From positions 2,590 through 66,589 of the forward strand of contig JBHPHI010000002.1 in NCBI GenBank assembly GCA_042569595.1: DNA of 64,000 nucleotides, read 5' to 3'. This stretch comes from Patescibacteria group bacterium (GTDB taxonomy: Bacteria > Patescibacteriota > Microgenomatia > UBA1400 > 2-01-FULL-45-11). Positions 35,673 through 44,695 of the stretch are shown one piece after another. Each line of letters begins with the position of its first letter. The first letter of the stretch is position 1. The translations under genes and the position numbers were made by a program. The notes beneath the pieces are model-generated. The model saw only the letters and a list, made by a program, of their open reading frames with translations. It was not told the DNA's origin and made no database searches.

Positions 35673-36011
35673 ATGAAACTTATTATAAAGATTTTAATAA
35701 ACGCACTCGCATTTTATATACTTGCCTATCTGGTTCCAGGAGTGGAGGTAGGAGGGTATCAATCACTGCTAATTACCGCTTTCGTTTGGGGATTAGTAAC
35801 AACTCTAATAAGGCCAATTATTAAAATACTCACTTTTCCTATCAGTATAGTTACCTTAGGGTTGTTTACTTTCGTAATCAATGCAGCTCTACTTCTACTT
35901 ACAGCCAGGATAGTTGATGGGTTTTTAATTGATTCTTTTACAACAGCCGTAATATCCGCTGTAGCCCTTGCCGTAATAAACGGCTTTCTAAATCTAATGA
36001 TAAGAGACTAA
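35673..36011 (+). CDS. phage-holin-4_2 (DUF360) family small membrane protein
   Basis: 112 aa. The NALAFYILAYLVPGVEV...LIRPIIKILTFPISIVTLGLFTFVINAALLLL pattern is typical of PF04020. Confidence 0.6.
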   Translation: MKLIIKILINALAFYILAYLVPGVEVGGYQSLLITAFVWGLVTTLIRPIIKILTFPISIVTLGLFTFVINAALLLLTARIVDGFLIDSFTTAVISAVALAVINGFLNLMIRD

Positions 36012-38105
36012 TTATAGATTTAGAGAATTTACTCTTTCCCAATCACTTTCATTTAAGACCACTATCTTTTCTGTACCGACCACATATAAATAGTCATCCA
36101 AGAAAAGTGCTCTTTTAGCTTGAATATCGCTAACTACTTTTTTCAAAGAAACACCTTCTTTAGAGTAAGAAAAGATAAACCCATCATTCCCTGCGGGGAT
36201 GAAAAATGCAGAATGTTTTTCATCTTGCAAGAACGCATGGTGGGTGTTGGAAACATCACTCCAGTATGCATCAAGAAGATAAACATCTACTTCTTTTGGA
36301 TCGGTTGGAACAGAAACATCAAAAAGAGAGAGCTTCACTCTTCCCTCATCTCTACCAACTCCTAAGATGAGATTTTCCTCCAGAGGGTGAAGATATGAGG
36401 AAAACCCGGGAATCTTTAACTCACCCTTCATTGTGGGGTTTTTTGCATCAGACAAATCTAACACGTAAAAAGGATCAGTTTCTCTGAATGTCACTAAATA
36501 TCCCATCTCACCTAAAAAACGCGCAGAATATATTTTTTCATCCAACCCCAAATCTTTAACTTGACCAAGAGTTTCTAAGTTTTTATCCAAAACATATACA
36601 TCATTCGCACTCTCAGAACCCCTCAAGCTCCTTCCACCCACAGTAACCGCAATTCTTAGGTTTTCTTTGTATTCATCAAGAGAAAATTGATTTAGAGGGT
36701 GTCCTGGAATAGATCCAGTTGAAAGTATTTTCATGTCATCTAACTCAACTTTAACTATTCCTGTTTTTTCCATCTCTCTCATGTTCTCTGTTGCATATTC
36801 TTCCATTCTGTCTGACACCTCGTTTTCAATTCTTCTTCTTTCATCTTTTGAAAGTCCGCGATAATACTCTTCCATTATCGTTTGAATTTCAGTCATTTTC
36901 GCTGCAGAAGAAATGTCATATGTTGATAGTTTTTTTAATTTACTAACAACCTCAGAAGAAACTAGGTCACTACCCAAGGAAGTAAAGAATCCAAATATAA
37001 ACTCCGAAAAATCTCCAAATGTTGTATACGTCACATATAAAGAATTTTCAGACATATATATAACTGAAGAATTGTAGGTTCCTACAAAAGAAATGGAGTG
37101 AGTTACAGACCCATCATCAAGATCTATTTTTAAGGCAGAATAGGTTACATCTGCTTGCATAGATCTATTTGGATGAAATATTCTCTCACAAGGAATAATT
37201 AGTCCTCCAACAGGAGATAGGGGGGAAATAGGACAGGGCTGATCATATTCAAATCCTGTTCTTGTAACAACATAAAGCTCGTCCCCTTTTAAGCGAGAAG
37301 TCATAATTGAGCTATTACTATCTATTTCAATATCCCACTCATCTTTAGGGCTGGAGGGATTAGAGACATCATAGGCCTGTATCAAGTCATTTCCAAACAC
37401 CATTAGAAGATCATCGCTCAACAACAAATCCCCAGTCATATCTATGTCAGAAATTTTTTCAAGATCTGCTGGTGGAAAAGCAGAGACGATTTTTGTTGTT
37501 GGTTCGAGCCTTTTTCTAGGGGGAAAAATCATTTCCGAGGAGCTTTCTATAGTTCCAGTCATTGGTAAAACATCCTCCTCAACCATTAGTCTGTACGAGG
37601 GACCAAGAAGTGAAGTGAAGATGTGTTTCCCATCAGTTTTTACAATATCAGGCTCATCTATTCCAGACACCTGAACATTTGTTTCTGATACTCTCTGAGC
37701 ACTTTTTTCGGCACCCCCACCAGCAAGCGGCAAAGACACAGCCTCATCCATAACCTCCGTCATCATGGGTGTAGATCTAGAAAAAGAAGAAGTTGCAAAT
37801 CCTCCAAAAAATCCAAGGTCAAGATTTTCACCCTCACTTATGTAAGACAAAAAATCCTCTGAGGACTTGAAGGGAATGAGTTGTTCTACTTTTTCGTCAG
37901 AGCCAGATTTTTTAGGAAACACTGTTGGAGTATCTGGTTGGTTTTTGTACCACAAGGCGAATGAACCAACAAAAAGGAACAGCAAAAACACAAACAAGAC
38001 TGAGAAGTGATTTTGTTTCTTTGGAGCTTCAATATTCACATCTATATCTTCATTCATTATTTCCTCCGAACTATTATTTTTTGAAAAATCTTGACCCTCA
38101 TTCAT
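36012..38105 (-). CDS. large hypothetical membrane-anchored extracellular protein
   Basis: 697 aa. Acidic N-terminus, one TM helix (HFSVLFVFLLFLFVGSFALWY), then a long extracytoplasmic region with no motif I recognise (possibly a beta-propeller). Confidence 0.45.
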   Translation of the reverse strand: MNEGQDFSKNNSSEEIMNEDIDVNIEAPKKQNHFSVLFVFLLFLFVGSFALWYKNQPDTPTVFPKKSGSDEKVEQLIPFKSSEDFLSYISEGENLDLGFFGGFATSSFSRSTPMMTEVMDEAVSLPLAGGGAEKSAQRVSETNVQVSGIDEPDIVKTDGKHIFTSLLGPSYRLMVEEDVLPMTGTIESSSEMIFPPRKRLEPTTKIVSAFPPADLEKISDIDMTGDLLLSDDLLMVFGNDLIQAYDVSNPSSPKDEWDIEIDSNSSIMTSRLKGDELYVVTRTGFEYDQPCPISPLSPVGGLIIPCERIFHPNRSMQADVTYSALKIDLDDGSVTHSISFVGTYNSSVIYMSENSLYVTYTTFGDFSEFIFGFFTSLGSDLVSSEVVSKLKKLSTYDISSAAKMTEIQTIMEEYYRGLSKDERRRIENEVSDRMEEYATENMREMEKTGIVKVELDDMKILSTGSIPGHPLNQFSLDEYKENLRIAVTVGGRSLRGSESANDVYVLDKNLETLGQVKDLGLDEKIYSARFLGEMGYLVTFRETDPFYVLDLSDAKNPTMKGELKIPGFSSYLHPLEENLILGVGRDEGRVKLSLFDVSVPTDPKEVDVYLLDAYWSDVSNTHHAFLQDEKHSAFFIPAGNDGFIFSYSKEGVSLKKVVSDIQAKRALFLDDYLYVVGTEKIVVLNESDWERVNSLNL

Positions 38106-38174
38106 AGTTTCTACTATACCGCAATTAAAGGAACACTACCAAAACCATACGTCTTGGTAGTTGTTCTATGGCAA

Positions 38175-39269
38175 CTATCTAATTTGGGCGGATAATTTTT
38201 TAAATACTAACACCAATGACTTTCTCCAACCTTCAGCCCTATCTTGAGAGAAATATACATCATCTTTAGTTTCTATTCTTATTGATGTTTCAAACCACTT
38301 ATCTGACAGGTCAAAATCTTTTCCAGAAACCAAACGCACATCTACAGCCTCAATTGAGAGCTTATTTTCTATGCTGGACAATTTCTTTTTAATTTGTGAT
38401 TTAAAGTCCTTTTTATATCTAAAAGATTTTGGTGTACTCATATGGAGAGAGTATTTTTTAGTTTTAATTGTTCTAAGAAGTGCTTTTATTACTTCTCTGT
38501 ATGTAATTATTCCGGATGGTAAGTTTTTTTTATCTACAATTACTACACTTCCAATTCGTTTATTCATCATAGTTTCAATAGCATCTTTTAAGGATCCAGA
38601 TTCATCTATTGTTTTAACTCTTGTTTTCATAAAACCTTCAATTGAAGTATCCAGAACTTTCTCCTTTCGTCCTTTTTTAGAAAAACCTTGAGAATGTTTC
38701 GGGTCAGACAACGCTCTTCTTAAGTCGTATCTAGTGATTAGGCCAACCAATTTGTTTTTATTATCTACGATGGGCAATCGGGAGATTTTGCCTTTTTTTA
38801 ATATAGATCGAACTTTTCCTAAAGATGATTTTTTTGTTACGGTTGTTACATTTCGAATTTTTATCTGCTCTTCCACACCCTCATACAAATTTTTGTCTTC
38901 AAAAACTCTTTTTAATATTCTCCTAAGAGACACAATGCCCAAAAGCTTTTTTTTGTCGTCTAAAACAGGAAGAAAGTACATCTTAGATTCAAGCATGCTT
39001 CTCACAACCCTCTCAAGAGAGGAGTTTAGAGAAAGCTTTGGAGGCATCATCATACATCTCTGAAGTTTTGTGGCGGGCGGGAAGTTTCCATGAAACTGAA
39101 CATAATATGGACTGACCACTCCTAGCAATATGTCTTTACTATTCACAACAAAGGCCGCATCATGACCAGAGTTCAAAGAGGCCAGAGCCTTGGATAACAC
39201 TTCATCAGGAGAGAATGTAATAATCTTTTCTGTCTTTAAAAAGTCTTTTGCTTTATAGCGTTTTGACAT
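38175..39269 (-). CDS. CBS-domain protein (tandem CBS pairs)
   Basis: Repeated CBS-like units (ITFSPDEVLSKALASL..., FLPVLDDKKKLLGIVS, RLPIVDNKNKLVGLITRYDL, IGSVVIVDKKNLPSGIITYREV). Confidence 0.65.
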   Translation of the reverse strand: MSKRYKAKDFLKTEKIITFSPDEVLSKALASLNSGHDAAFVVNSKDILLGVVSPYYVQFHGNFPPATKLQRCMMMPPKLSLNSSLERVVRSMLESKMYFLPVLDDKKKLLGIVSLRRILKRVFEDKNLYEGVEEQIKIRNVTTVTKKSSLGKVRSILKKGKISRLPIVDNKNKLVGLITRYDLRRALSDPKHSQGFSKKGRKEKVLDTSIEGFMKTRVKTIDESGSLKDAIETMMNKRIGSVVIVDKKNLPSGIITYREVIKALLRTIKTKKYSLHMSTPKSFRYKKDFKSQIKKKLSSIENKLSIEAVDVRLVSGKDFDLSDKWFETSIRIETKDDVYFSQDRAEGWRKSLVLVFKKLSAQIR

Positions 39270-39312
39270 TCACATAAAGTTTATCACTTACAAGACAATT
39301 TGCAATAAATAT

Positions 39313-39726
39313 TTAAGTCAATACTCTGGAAAAATTAGAAGCAATCAATCCAACTACTCCACAAACAAAGACGCCCCACAAAACATCAACAACCACAAGC
39401 TTCCAAGACCAGTTAGAAAGTGTGGCCATGTTTGTTAAATCATAAACACCATACATCATTAGTCCGGCCATAGCTCCCCACATAAACCCATCAGTCAACC
39501 TACCAGATTGTTGATATTTTGTAACCGATATAAAAACCACAGAAGCAACTATGAGTAAGTATACAAACAATGCTGCGGGCCAATTTAGTGTTCTTGAAAA
39601 TTGAGACAGATGAAAATCATAAAATTTTTTTGCAACTAACCCCAGCCACGTAAAGTCAATCGCTAAAAAAAAGGAAATGTAAGAAACAACACTTTGATAT
39701 AGTGTATTGCACTCATATTTACACAA
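39313..39726 (-). CDS. small 4-TM membrane protein (DUF2177-like)
   Basis: 137 aa with four predicted TM helices. The family assignment is tentative. Confidence 0.4.
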   Translation of the reverse strand: MCKYECNTLYQSVVSYISFFLAIDFTWLGLVAKKFYDFHLSQFSRTLNWPAALFVYLLIVASVVFISVTKYQQSGRLTDGFMWGAMAGLMMYGVYDLTNMATLSNWSWKLVVVDVLWGVFVCGVVGLIASNFSRVLT

Positions 39727-39744
39727 TAACAGAAAGGATAAATT

Positions 39745-40320
39745 ATGGGAATTTTAAATGACATAGCAAAAAAACAAAGAACCAACAGTGAAGATGTGTT
39801 AAATGAAATCATATATAGATGGTCTCCAAAAATAATGAACGGAGAGGAAGTTAGCGATGAAGACTTAACTCCTTTGTTTGAGGCAGCCAGGTGGGCTCCA
39901 AGCAGCAACAATAATCAGGAGTGGCAATTTTATTATGCAACCAAATCACAAAAATCATTTGAAAAACTATTTAATATTTTATTCGAAGGAAATAAAAAAT
40001 GGTCCAAAAATGCTGGAGCATTAATAGTTTTGATATCAAAAAAAAGATCTGACTACAAAGAAAAGCCCATTAACACTCACTCTTTTGATACCGGGATGGC
40101 ATTTCAAAACTTCGCAATCGAGGGAATTAGAAGAGATATGGTTGTAAGGCCTATGGGTGGGTTTGATAAAAAATTAGCACACAAAATACTTGATCTTAAT
40201 GAAAAACAACACATAGAATGTATGATTTCTGTTGGAAGAATAGGTGATATAAGTTTATTTAAGGGCGTAGAATTGTCACAAAGAAACAATCAGGAAACGT
40301 TCGCATTCAAGATTGATTAG
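39745..40320 (+). CDS. nitroreductase family protein
   Basis: LFEAARWAPSSNNNQEWQF is the nitroreductase FMN-binding signature. Length is 191 aa. Confidence 0.75.
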   Translation: MGILNDIAKKQRTNSEDVLNEIIYRWSPKIMNGEEVSDEDLTPLFEAARWAPSSNNNQEWQFYYATKSQKSFEKLFNILFEGNKKWSKNAGALIVLISKKRSDYKEKPINTHSFDTGMAFQNFAIEGIRRDMVVRPMGGFDKKLAHKILDLNEKQHIECMISVGRIGDISLFKGVELSQRNNQETFAFKID

Positions 40321-41189
40321 AGAATTTTTGAACCAGTCGCCTCAGAAACATCATCATCTTTATCTAAAACATAAACATCTTGCCTATACTCATTTACTCC
40401 AACCAATTTTCCCTTCCCGGAAACTATGGCCTCCAGGGGTTTGCATGCACTGCAGCCAGTTTTATGAGGACAAGGAAATCGACTTAATTTTCTCGCCAGC
40501 GATATTTCCTTTGCAATTTTTAGTACTTTTTCATATGAATCTTCTTTATTCGGGAGATTCATTTCATTTAGGGAGTCATTTTTGGATAAATACCAATAAC
40601 TAGCTTTTACAACTGGTCTCTCTTGAGTATTGCTCACAAGAAGATAGTATATGGGAAGCTGTAGTGACTCGGAAGACTCTTCATGTTTTCCAGTCTTAAA
40701 ATCAATTATATGAACTGCATCTTCATCTTTTAGATACTCAAGCCAATCAATTTTTCCACAGAGAATTATATTTTCTTCTTCAGAAAGCCAGTAGTAAGGC
40801 AAATTCATATTAATTTTTACAGCCAAATTTTTTAAAGGTCCAGGATTTTTTACCAATTTCCTCAACATCTCTTCACCTCTGCTTTTATATTGTGATTCAG
40901 TCTCATTAGTTAAAAACCCACCCATATCACCAGAAACTTTCTTCCAAACCTGATCAAATTTTTCTATCAAAGATTCATCAAATCTTTTTTCAACAGGTAG
41001 TACAGATAAAGATTCCACTACCTCATGGACAGCCTGTCCTAACGCAAGGGGTGGGGACATTAGAGTTATTTTGTGTCCTGTGTGGGGGTCTTTATAAATA
41101 TTGTTTAAATAATATGCACGCGGACACTTTAAAAAATCAGATATAGATGAGTGAGAAACCCAGGTTGCGCTATATTTATCTTTTGCCAT
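40317..41189 (-). CDS. PD-(D/E)xK nuclease, Cas4/RecB-like with a 4-Cys Fe-S cluster motif
   Basis: N-terminal Cys (DFLKCPRAYYL), IDFKTGK (D-x-K), QLPIYYLL (QxxxY) and a C-terminal CPHKTGCSACKP. This is the Cas4/AddB nuclease-domain architecture. No CRISPR array or other cas genes are in the window. Confidence 0.65.
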   Translation of the reverse strand: MAKDKYSATWVSHSSISDFLKCPRAYYLNNIYKDPHTGHKITLMSPPLALGQAVHEVVESLSVLPVEKRFDESLIEKFDQVWKKVSGDMGGFLTNETESQYKSRGEEMLRKLVKNPGPLKNLAVKINMNLPYYWLSEEENIILCGKIDWLEYLKDEDAVHIIDFKTGKHEESSESLQLPIYYLLVSNTQERPVVKASYWYLSKNDSLNEMNLPNKEDSYEKVLKIAKEISLARKLSRFPCPHKTGCSACKPLEAIVSGKGKLVGVNEYRQDVYVLDKDDDVSEATGSKIL

Positions 41190-41209
41190 GAAATCACTAT
41201 AGCATGAGG

Positions 41210-42706
41210 TTAGTGGGTCTGTTGCACAAGGTCACCATGAAGCGTTTTCTGTCTTAAGGGAGAAGGACTAATATTATGAAATTCTTCCAAAGTTGCTACA
41301 CCCCTAAAAACATAAGACAAAATAATATCTTCCACTAAATTAAAAACATGAAAGGGAACAGTGGGAGACCCATACTCCTGATGAAGCATGTCTGCTTTTC
41401 TAGTCTCTCCTTCCACAAATGAGGGAATACTAAATGGCAATATCTTATCGTCCAGGTGTTTTGTTCTAGCAGAAGCCTCGCCTCCATACGGTTTAAAATA
41501 ATTTCCATTTTTATCAATAAAATAAAGCATCCCCCCAGGAGACTCCACCGTTCCTCCAGCAGCTATCCTAGACACCCCAATTCCCGAAGCCCCCAAAGCA
41601 AGTGTAGTGGCGATGTTATCGCTTGCTCCACCCTCAACAACAACAGGGATATTTATTTCTCCTCGCAAACTCCAAAGCAAAATAGGCCAGTCAATTACAG
41701 AACCACTTCTCACCCCCGTAATACACCTACCACCACCACCGATTCCTATGTATAGGCCATCTGCGCCGGCTTCTTCTAGTTGTTTAGCTTGATCAACATC
41801 TACAACCTGTCCTGCAAAAATTTCAATTCTATTTCCCAACTTTTTCCTTAAAAGCTTAACTGTTTTAAGTGGGCCAAGTCCTGGTTCTGGAGAGTAGACT
41901 CTAAAACTTCTCACCCCAACGTCACATAAAGACGAAGCTCTTTTTAAAGCTTTTCCTTCATTTGCCTCGATTACTCCCATTACATTTTTCTTCCAAATTT
42001 TCAACAAATCCTTCTGTTCTTTTTTAGATCTACCAATCAACACTTCACTGCTTTTTAGAGCAGAAAAAACTTCTTTTACTAAGTCAGCTTGTCTTTTAAT
42101 GTCCGAAAACGGGCCATTTCTTGGCACTCCCGAGAGACAGAGGCATTGAGCCATTGTTGATATTGCATACACACTTCCCCAAACATCTTGCATAGCAGAA
42201 CCAACTAAAAGAGATCTTGCGTGTTTTCCAATTTTCGCAAAAGGACCTGTTGTTAAGCGATTTTTTCTGGATATTCTTTTATTTTGAGAACCAACCACAG
42301 CAATACCAAGGTCTGATATAGATAAAGCCATTTCGTCTTTTATTACCCTATCCATAACCTTGCTTGAGATTTTTTGAGGTGGGGCAAAATCAGACTCTTG
42401 CACTTCAAGTAGTTTAGAGATTCGTTCCGGATGGTTAAACAACTCAAGAAAGTACTGTCTAATTCTCAAGATATTTATCATTTCTTCAGGAGGTAGCAGG
42501 CCTTTTTTGTCGTACGAAAGATTATCGTATGGAGTAGTTAGTAGTCCTTGGCTGGGGTATGCTTTAGAATTTTCTTGACTCTCAATATACCAGTACTTCA
42601 AATAATCAGAGACATTTTCTTCAAATGGCTGAAGCTTTTCATTTATATAAGATTCCCAAAGCTTGTTGTCTCGAAAAGATTTAAATGGAGGGATATTTGC
42701 AATCAC
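41210..42706 (-). CDS. IMP dehydrogenase / GMP reductase family protein (divergent, with N-terminal extension and no CBS subdomain)
   Basis: LLVGSAMQDV (compare SAAMDTV), the catalytic Cys loop GADGLYIGIGGGGRCITGV (compare GIGPGSICTT), and VVEGGASDNIATTLALGASGIGV (compare [20 protein letters not shown]). About 110 extra N-terminal residues. Confidence 0.55.
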   Translation of the reverse strand: MIANIPPFKSFRDNKLWESYINEKLQPFEENVSDYLKYWYIESQENSKAYPSQGLLTTPYDNLSYDKKGLLPPEEMINILRIRQYFLELFNHPERISKLLEVQESDFAPPQKISSKVMDRVIKDEMALSISDLGIAVVGSQNKRISRKNRLTTGPFAKIGKHARSLLVGSAMQDVWGSVYAISTMAQCLCLSGVPRNGPFSDIKRQADLVKEVFSALKSSEVLIGRSKKEQKDLLKIWKKNVMGVIEANEGKALKRASSLCDVGVRSFRVYSPEPGLGPLKTVKLLRKKLGNRIEIFAGQVVDVDQAKQLEEAGADGLYIGIGGGGRCITGVRSGSVIDWPILLWSLRGEINIPVVVEGGASDNIATTLALGASGIGVSRIAAGGTVESPGGMLYFIDKNGNYFKPYGGEASARTKHLDDKILPFSIPSFVEGETRKADMLHQEYGSPTVPFHVFNLVEDIILSYVFRGVATLEEFHNISPSPLRQKTLHGDLVQQTH

Positions 42707-42753
42707 AAAGAAATACTAAAACATCAATCTATTTTTTATCAAGAACCAATTTA

Positions 42754-43884
42754 TTACTCTCTCGATAAAGAAGGGTAAATATAAATACATTTTTTTCTTA
42801 CACCAAAAAACTTTAACCATTTTTTACAGTTTCGAATAAATATGTATGATCCAGAAATATAAAAACTTGAGTTTTCAAAATGCTTCTTTTTTAACTCTCT
42901 CTTCATAAGGGTTTTTGTAATTTTTCCTTTATACTGTTTCAGTTTTTGTCCCTTTAGAGGGGGGAATTTTTTTGTATATGCTTCAAGCATAGAAAACCAC
43001 TTGCTTCTTCGAAGAAGTCTTAGCTCATTTTTAAATGGTTCATTTTTGTCTGTTTCATTTTGGTAAATTAACTTTGAACCCACTCTTTTTCCAGAAAGCT
43101 TCATATTTCTCAAAATACTTATAATTGGCGCAATACCATTATGTTCTACGATAAATATCAATTGCCCACCTATTTGTTTATTAGAAATACCAAATGGTCC
43201 TTCAATTAAGACTTTGTCTCCAAGGGAGACATTAAGTTTTTTATTAGACAAAAGACTTAAGTCCTTTTCTTTTGGAGTAGAAGAAATATATAGAAAATTG
43301 ATTAAACCCTTAATTCTTGCTTCAGTATATTGTCCAGGCTCAAAAATAATAGGCTTTCCACTTAATTGTTTTAGGAATATGTTTTCGGAGTCATCCGACT
43401 CTCTAATTATTTTTATTATCTTAAAAACCTTTGGTTTTATAATAAATTTTTTGAATATATAAAGATAAAATCCAAACAATAAAAAAATTAGTGAGTAGAT
43501 GCTGCAAATAATAATGATCAACATTTTATTCAGCTCAAAAAAACTAAAGAAATTATCACTTACAAAAAAATAACTTCCCAAACCCATGGCCGTCAACCCA
43601 AACAATACTGAGAATTTATTTAAAACCAATCCAATGTTTATTAAATTGCTCAATCCTATTCCAGATTCCAGTCGGCGGATATTGGAAAAAAATATAGGAG
43701 AAACAGAGGTGGATGAAAAAAATCCTCCCAAAACAAAAATGAAAAACACATTTAATAAAGTTTGGGAGGTTATAAACAAAAGAGGGAAAAACGTATATAC
43801 ACCCAAGAATATAATTATTAAAAAATATTTACCTTTATTTGTTGCAAGAAAAAACATAAGCATTAGAATAACCGACAAATTCAA
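42754..43884 (-). CDS. membrane-anchored oxidoreductase with C-terminal FNR-like FAD/NAD-binding domain
   Basis: About 5 N-terminal TM helices. The C-terminal part has GQYTEARI, EGPFG and IFIVEHNGIAPIISIL, which match the ferredoxin-reductase-type FAD_binding_6/NAD_binding_1 pattern. Confidence 0.45.
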   Translation of the reverse strand: MNLSVILMLMFFLATNKGKYFLIIIFLGVYTFFPLLFITSQTLLNVFFIFVLGGFFSSTSVSPIFFSNIRRLESGIGLSNLINIGLVLNKFSVLFGLTAMGLGSYFFVSDNFFSFFELNKMLIIIICSIYSLIFLLFGFYLYIFKKFIIKPKVFKIIKIIRESDDSENIFLKQLSGKPIIFEPGQYTEARIKGLINFLYISSTPKEKDLSLLSNKKLNVSLGDKVLIEGPFGISNKQIGGQLIFIVEHNGIAPIISILRNMKLSGKRVGSKLIYQNETDKNEPFKNELRLLRRSKWFSMLEAYTKKFPPLKGQKLKQYKGKITKTLMKRELKKKHFENSSFYISGSYIFIRNCKKWLKFFGVRKKCIYIYPSLSRE

Positions 43885-43930
43885 TTAATAAAACCGGGTA
43901 ATTGTCATACTGTGAGATAATACAGCCAAC

Positions 43931-44689
43931 ATGAGATATGTATTTGTTATTTTAATTTTTGCCCTACTAATACCATTTGTGCTGTCAAAAAATATCGTCA
44001 AAGAATCTATTCAGAATCAAACCATAAACGAACCAAGTACTCCGCACTCAAAACTAAAAGAGATCGGCCATAAATACAAGCAATACAGATACGGAATCTT
44101 CACTTTAGATGAAAATCAACAACTATCTTTCAACCTAAATACTAGAGACAAAAAAACATCCGAAGAGATTATTTCCACAGAAAAGTGCAAGAGTTTGATA
44201 AACGGTGGATTTTATGACAAAGAAGGAGATCCTATTGGTTGGGTAGTAGTAAATAGTGATGAAATGTATCCTTCACAAAAGAACCAACTCTTAGACGGCT
44301 TTATATCTGCCAGTCAAAGTGGAGAACTAAAAATATCTAAAAACAAATCATTGAATTTTGATTTTGGACTACAGACAGGTCCAATATTGATCTATGAAGG
44401 TGGGGTTAAAAACCTAAAAATCAAAAACGATGAACCCAAAAGAAGATCAATAGTTTTGGAAAGCACAAACAATAAACCATACTTTCTCACAATAGTGTCT
44501 GGTGATAGTTTGTTTGAGGGGTCTTTGCTAAAGGACCTCCCTCAGTTAGTAGCAAAAATTGCAAACCAGGAAGACATTTCCATAATAAATGCAATTAACT
44601 TAGATGGGGGATCTGCCTCCGCTTTTTATAGTCAAGAAAACAAAATCTCAGAAATTCAAACCATTGGTAGTTACTTTTGCATAAAATAA
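43931..44689 (+). CDS. phosphodiester-glycosidase-like (DUF2233/NAGPA) secreted protein
   Basis: Signal peptide, then INGGFYDKEGDPIGWVVVN and NLDGGGSAS motifs. Confidence 0.45.
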   Translation: MRYVFVILIFALLIPFVLSKNIVKESIQNQTINEPSTPHSKLKEIGHKYKQYRYGIFTLDENQQLSFNLNTRDKKTSEEIISTEKCKSLINGGFYDKEGDPIGWVVVNSDEMYPSQKNQLLDGFISASQSGELKISKNKSLNFDFGLQTGPILIYEGGVKNLKIKNDEPKRRSIVLESTNNKPYFLTIVSGDSLFEGSLLKDLPQLVAKIANQEDISIINAINLDGGSASAFYSQENKISEIQTIGSYFCIK

Positions 44690-44695
44690 TAAGTT

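Noticed and set aside
40317-41189. CRISPR-Cas locus anchored by the Cas4-like nuclease
   Set aside because: There is no repeat-spacer array and no cas1, cas2 or effector genes anywhere in the 64 kb. Standalone Cas4/RecB-like nucleases are common.
41335-41792. Pro/Ser-rich plus-strand ORFs (41456..41755, 41607..41792) and other short ORFs inside 41210..42706
   Set aside because: They are antisense to the IMPDH-family gene, low-complexity, and lack SDs.
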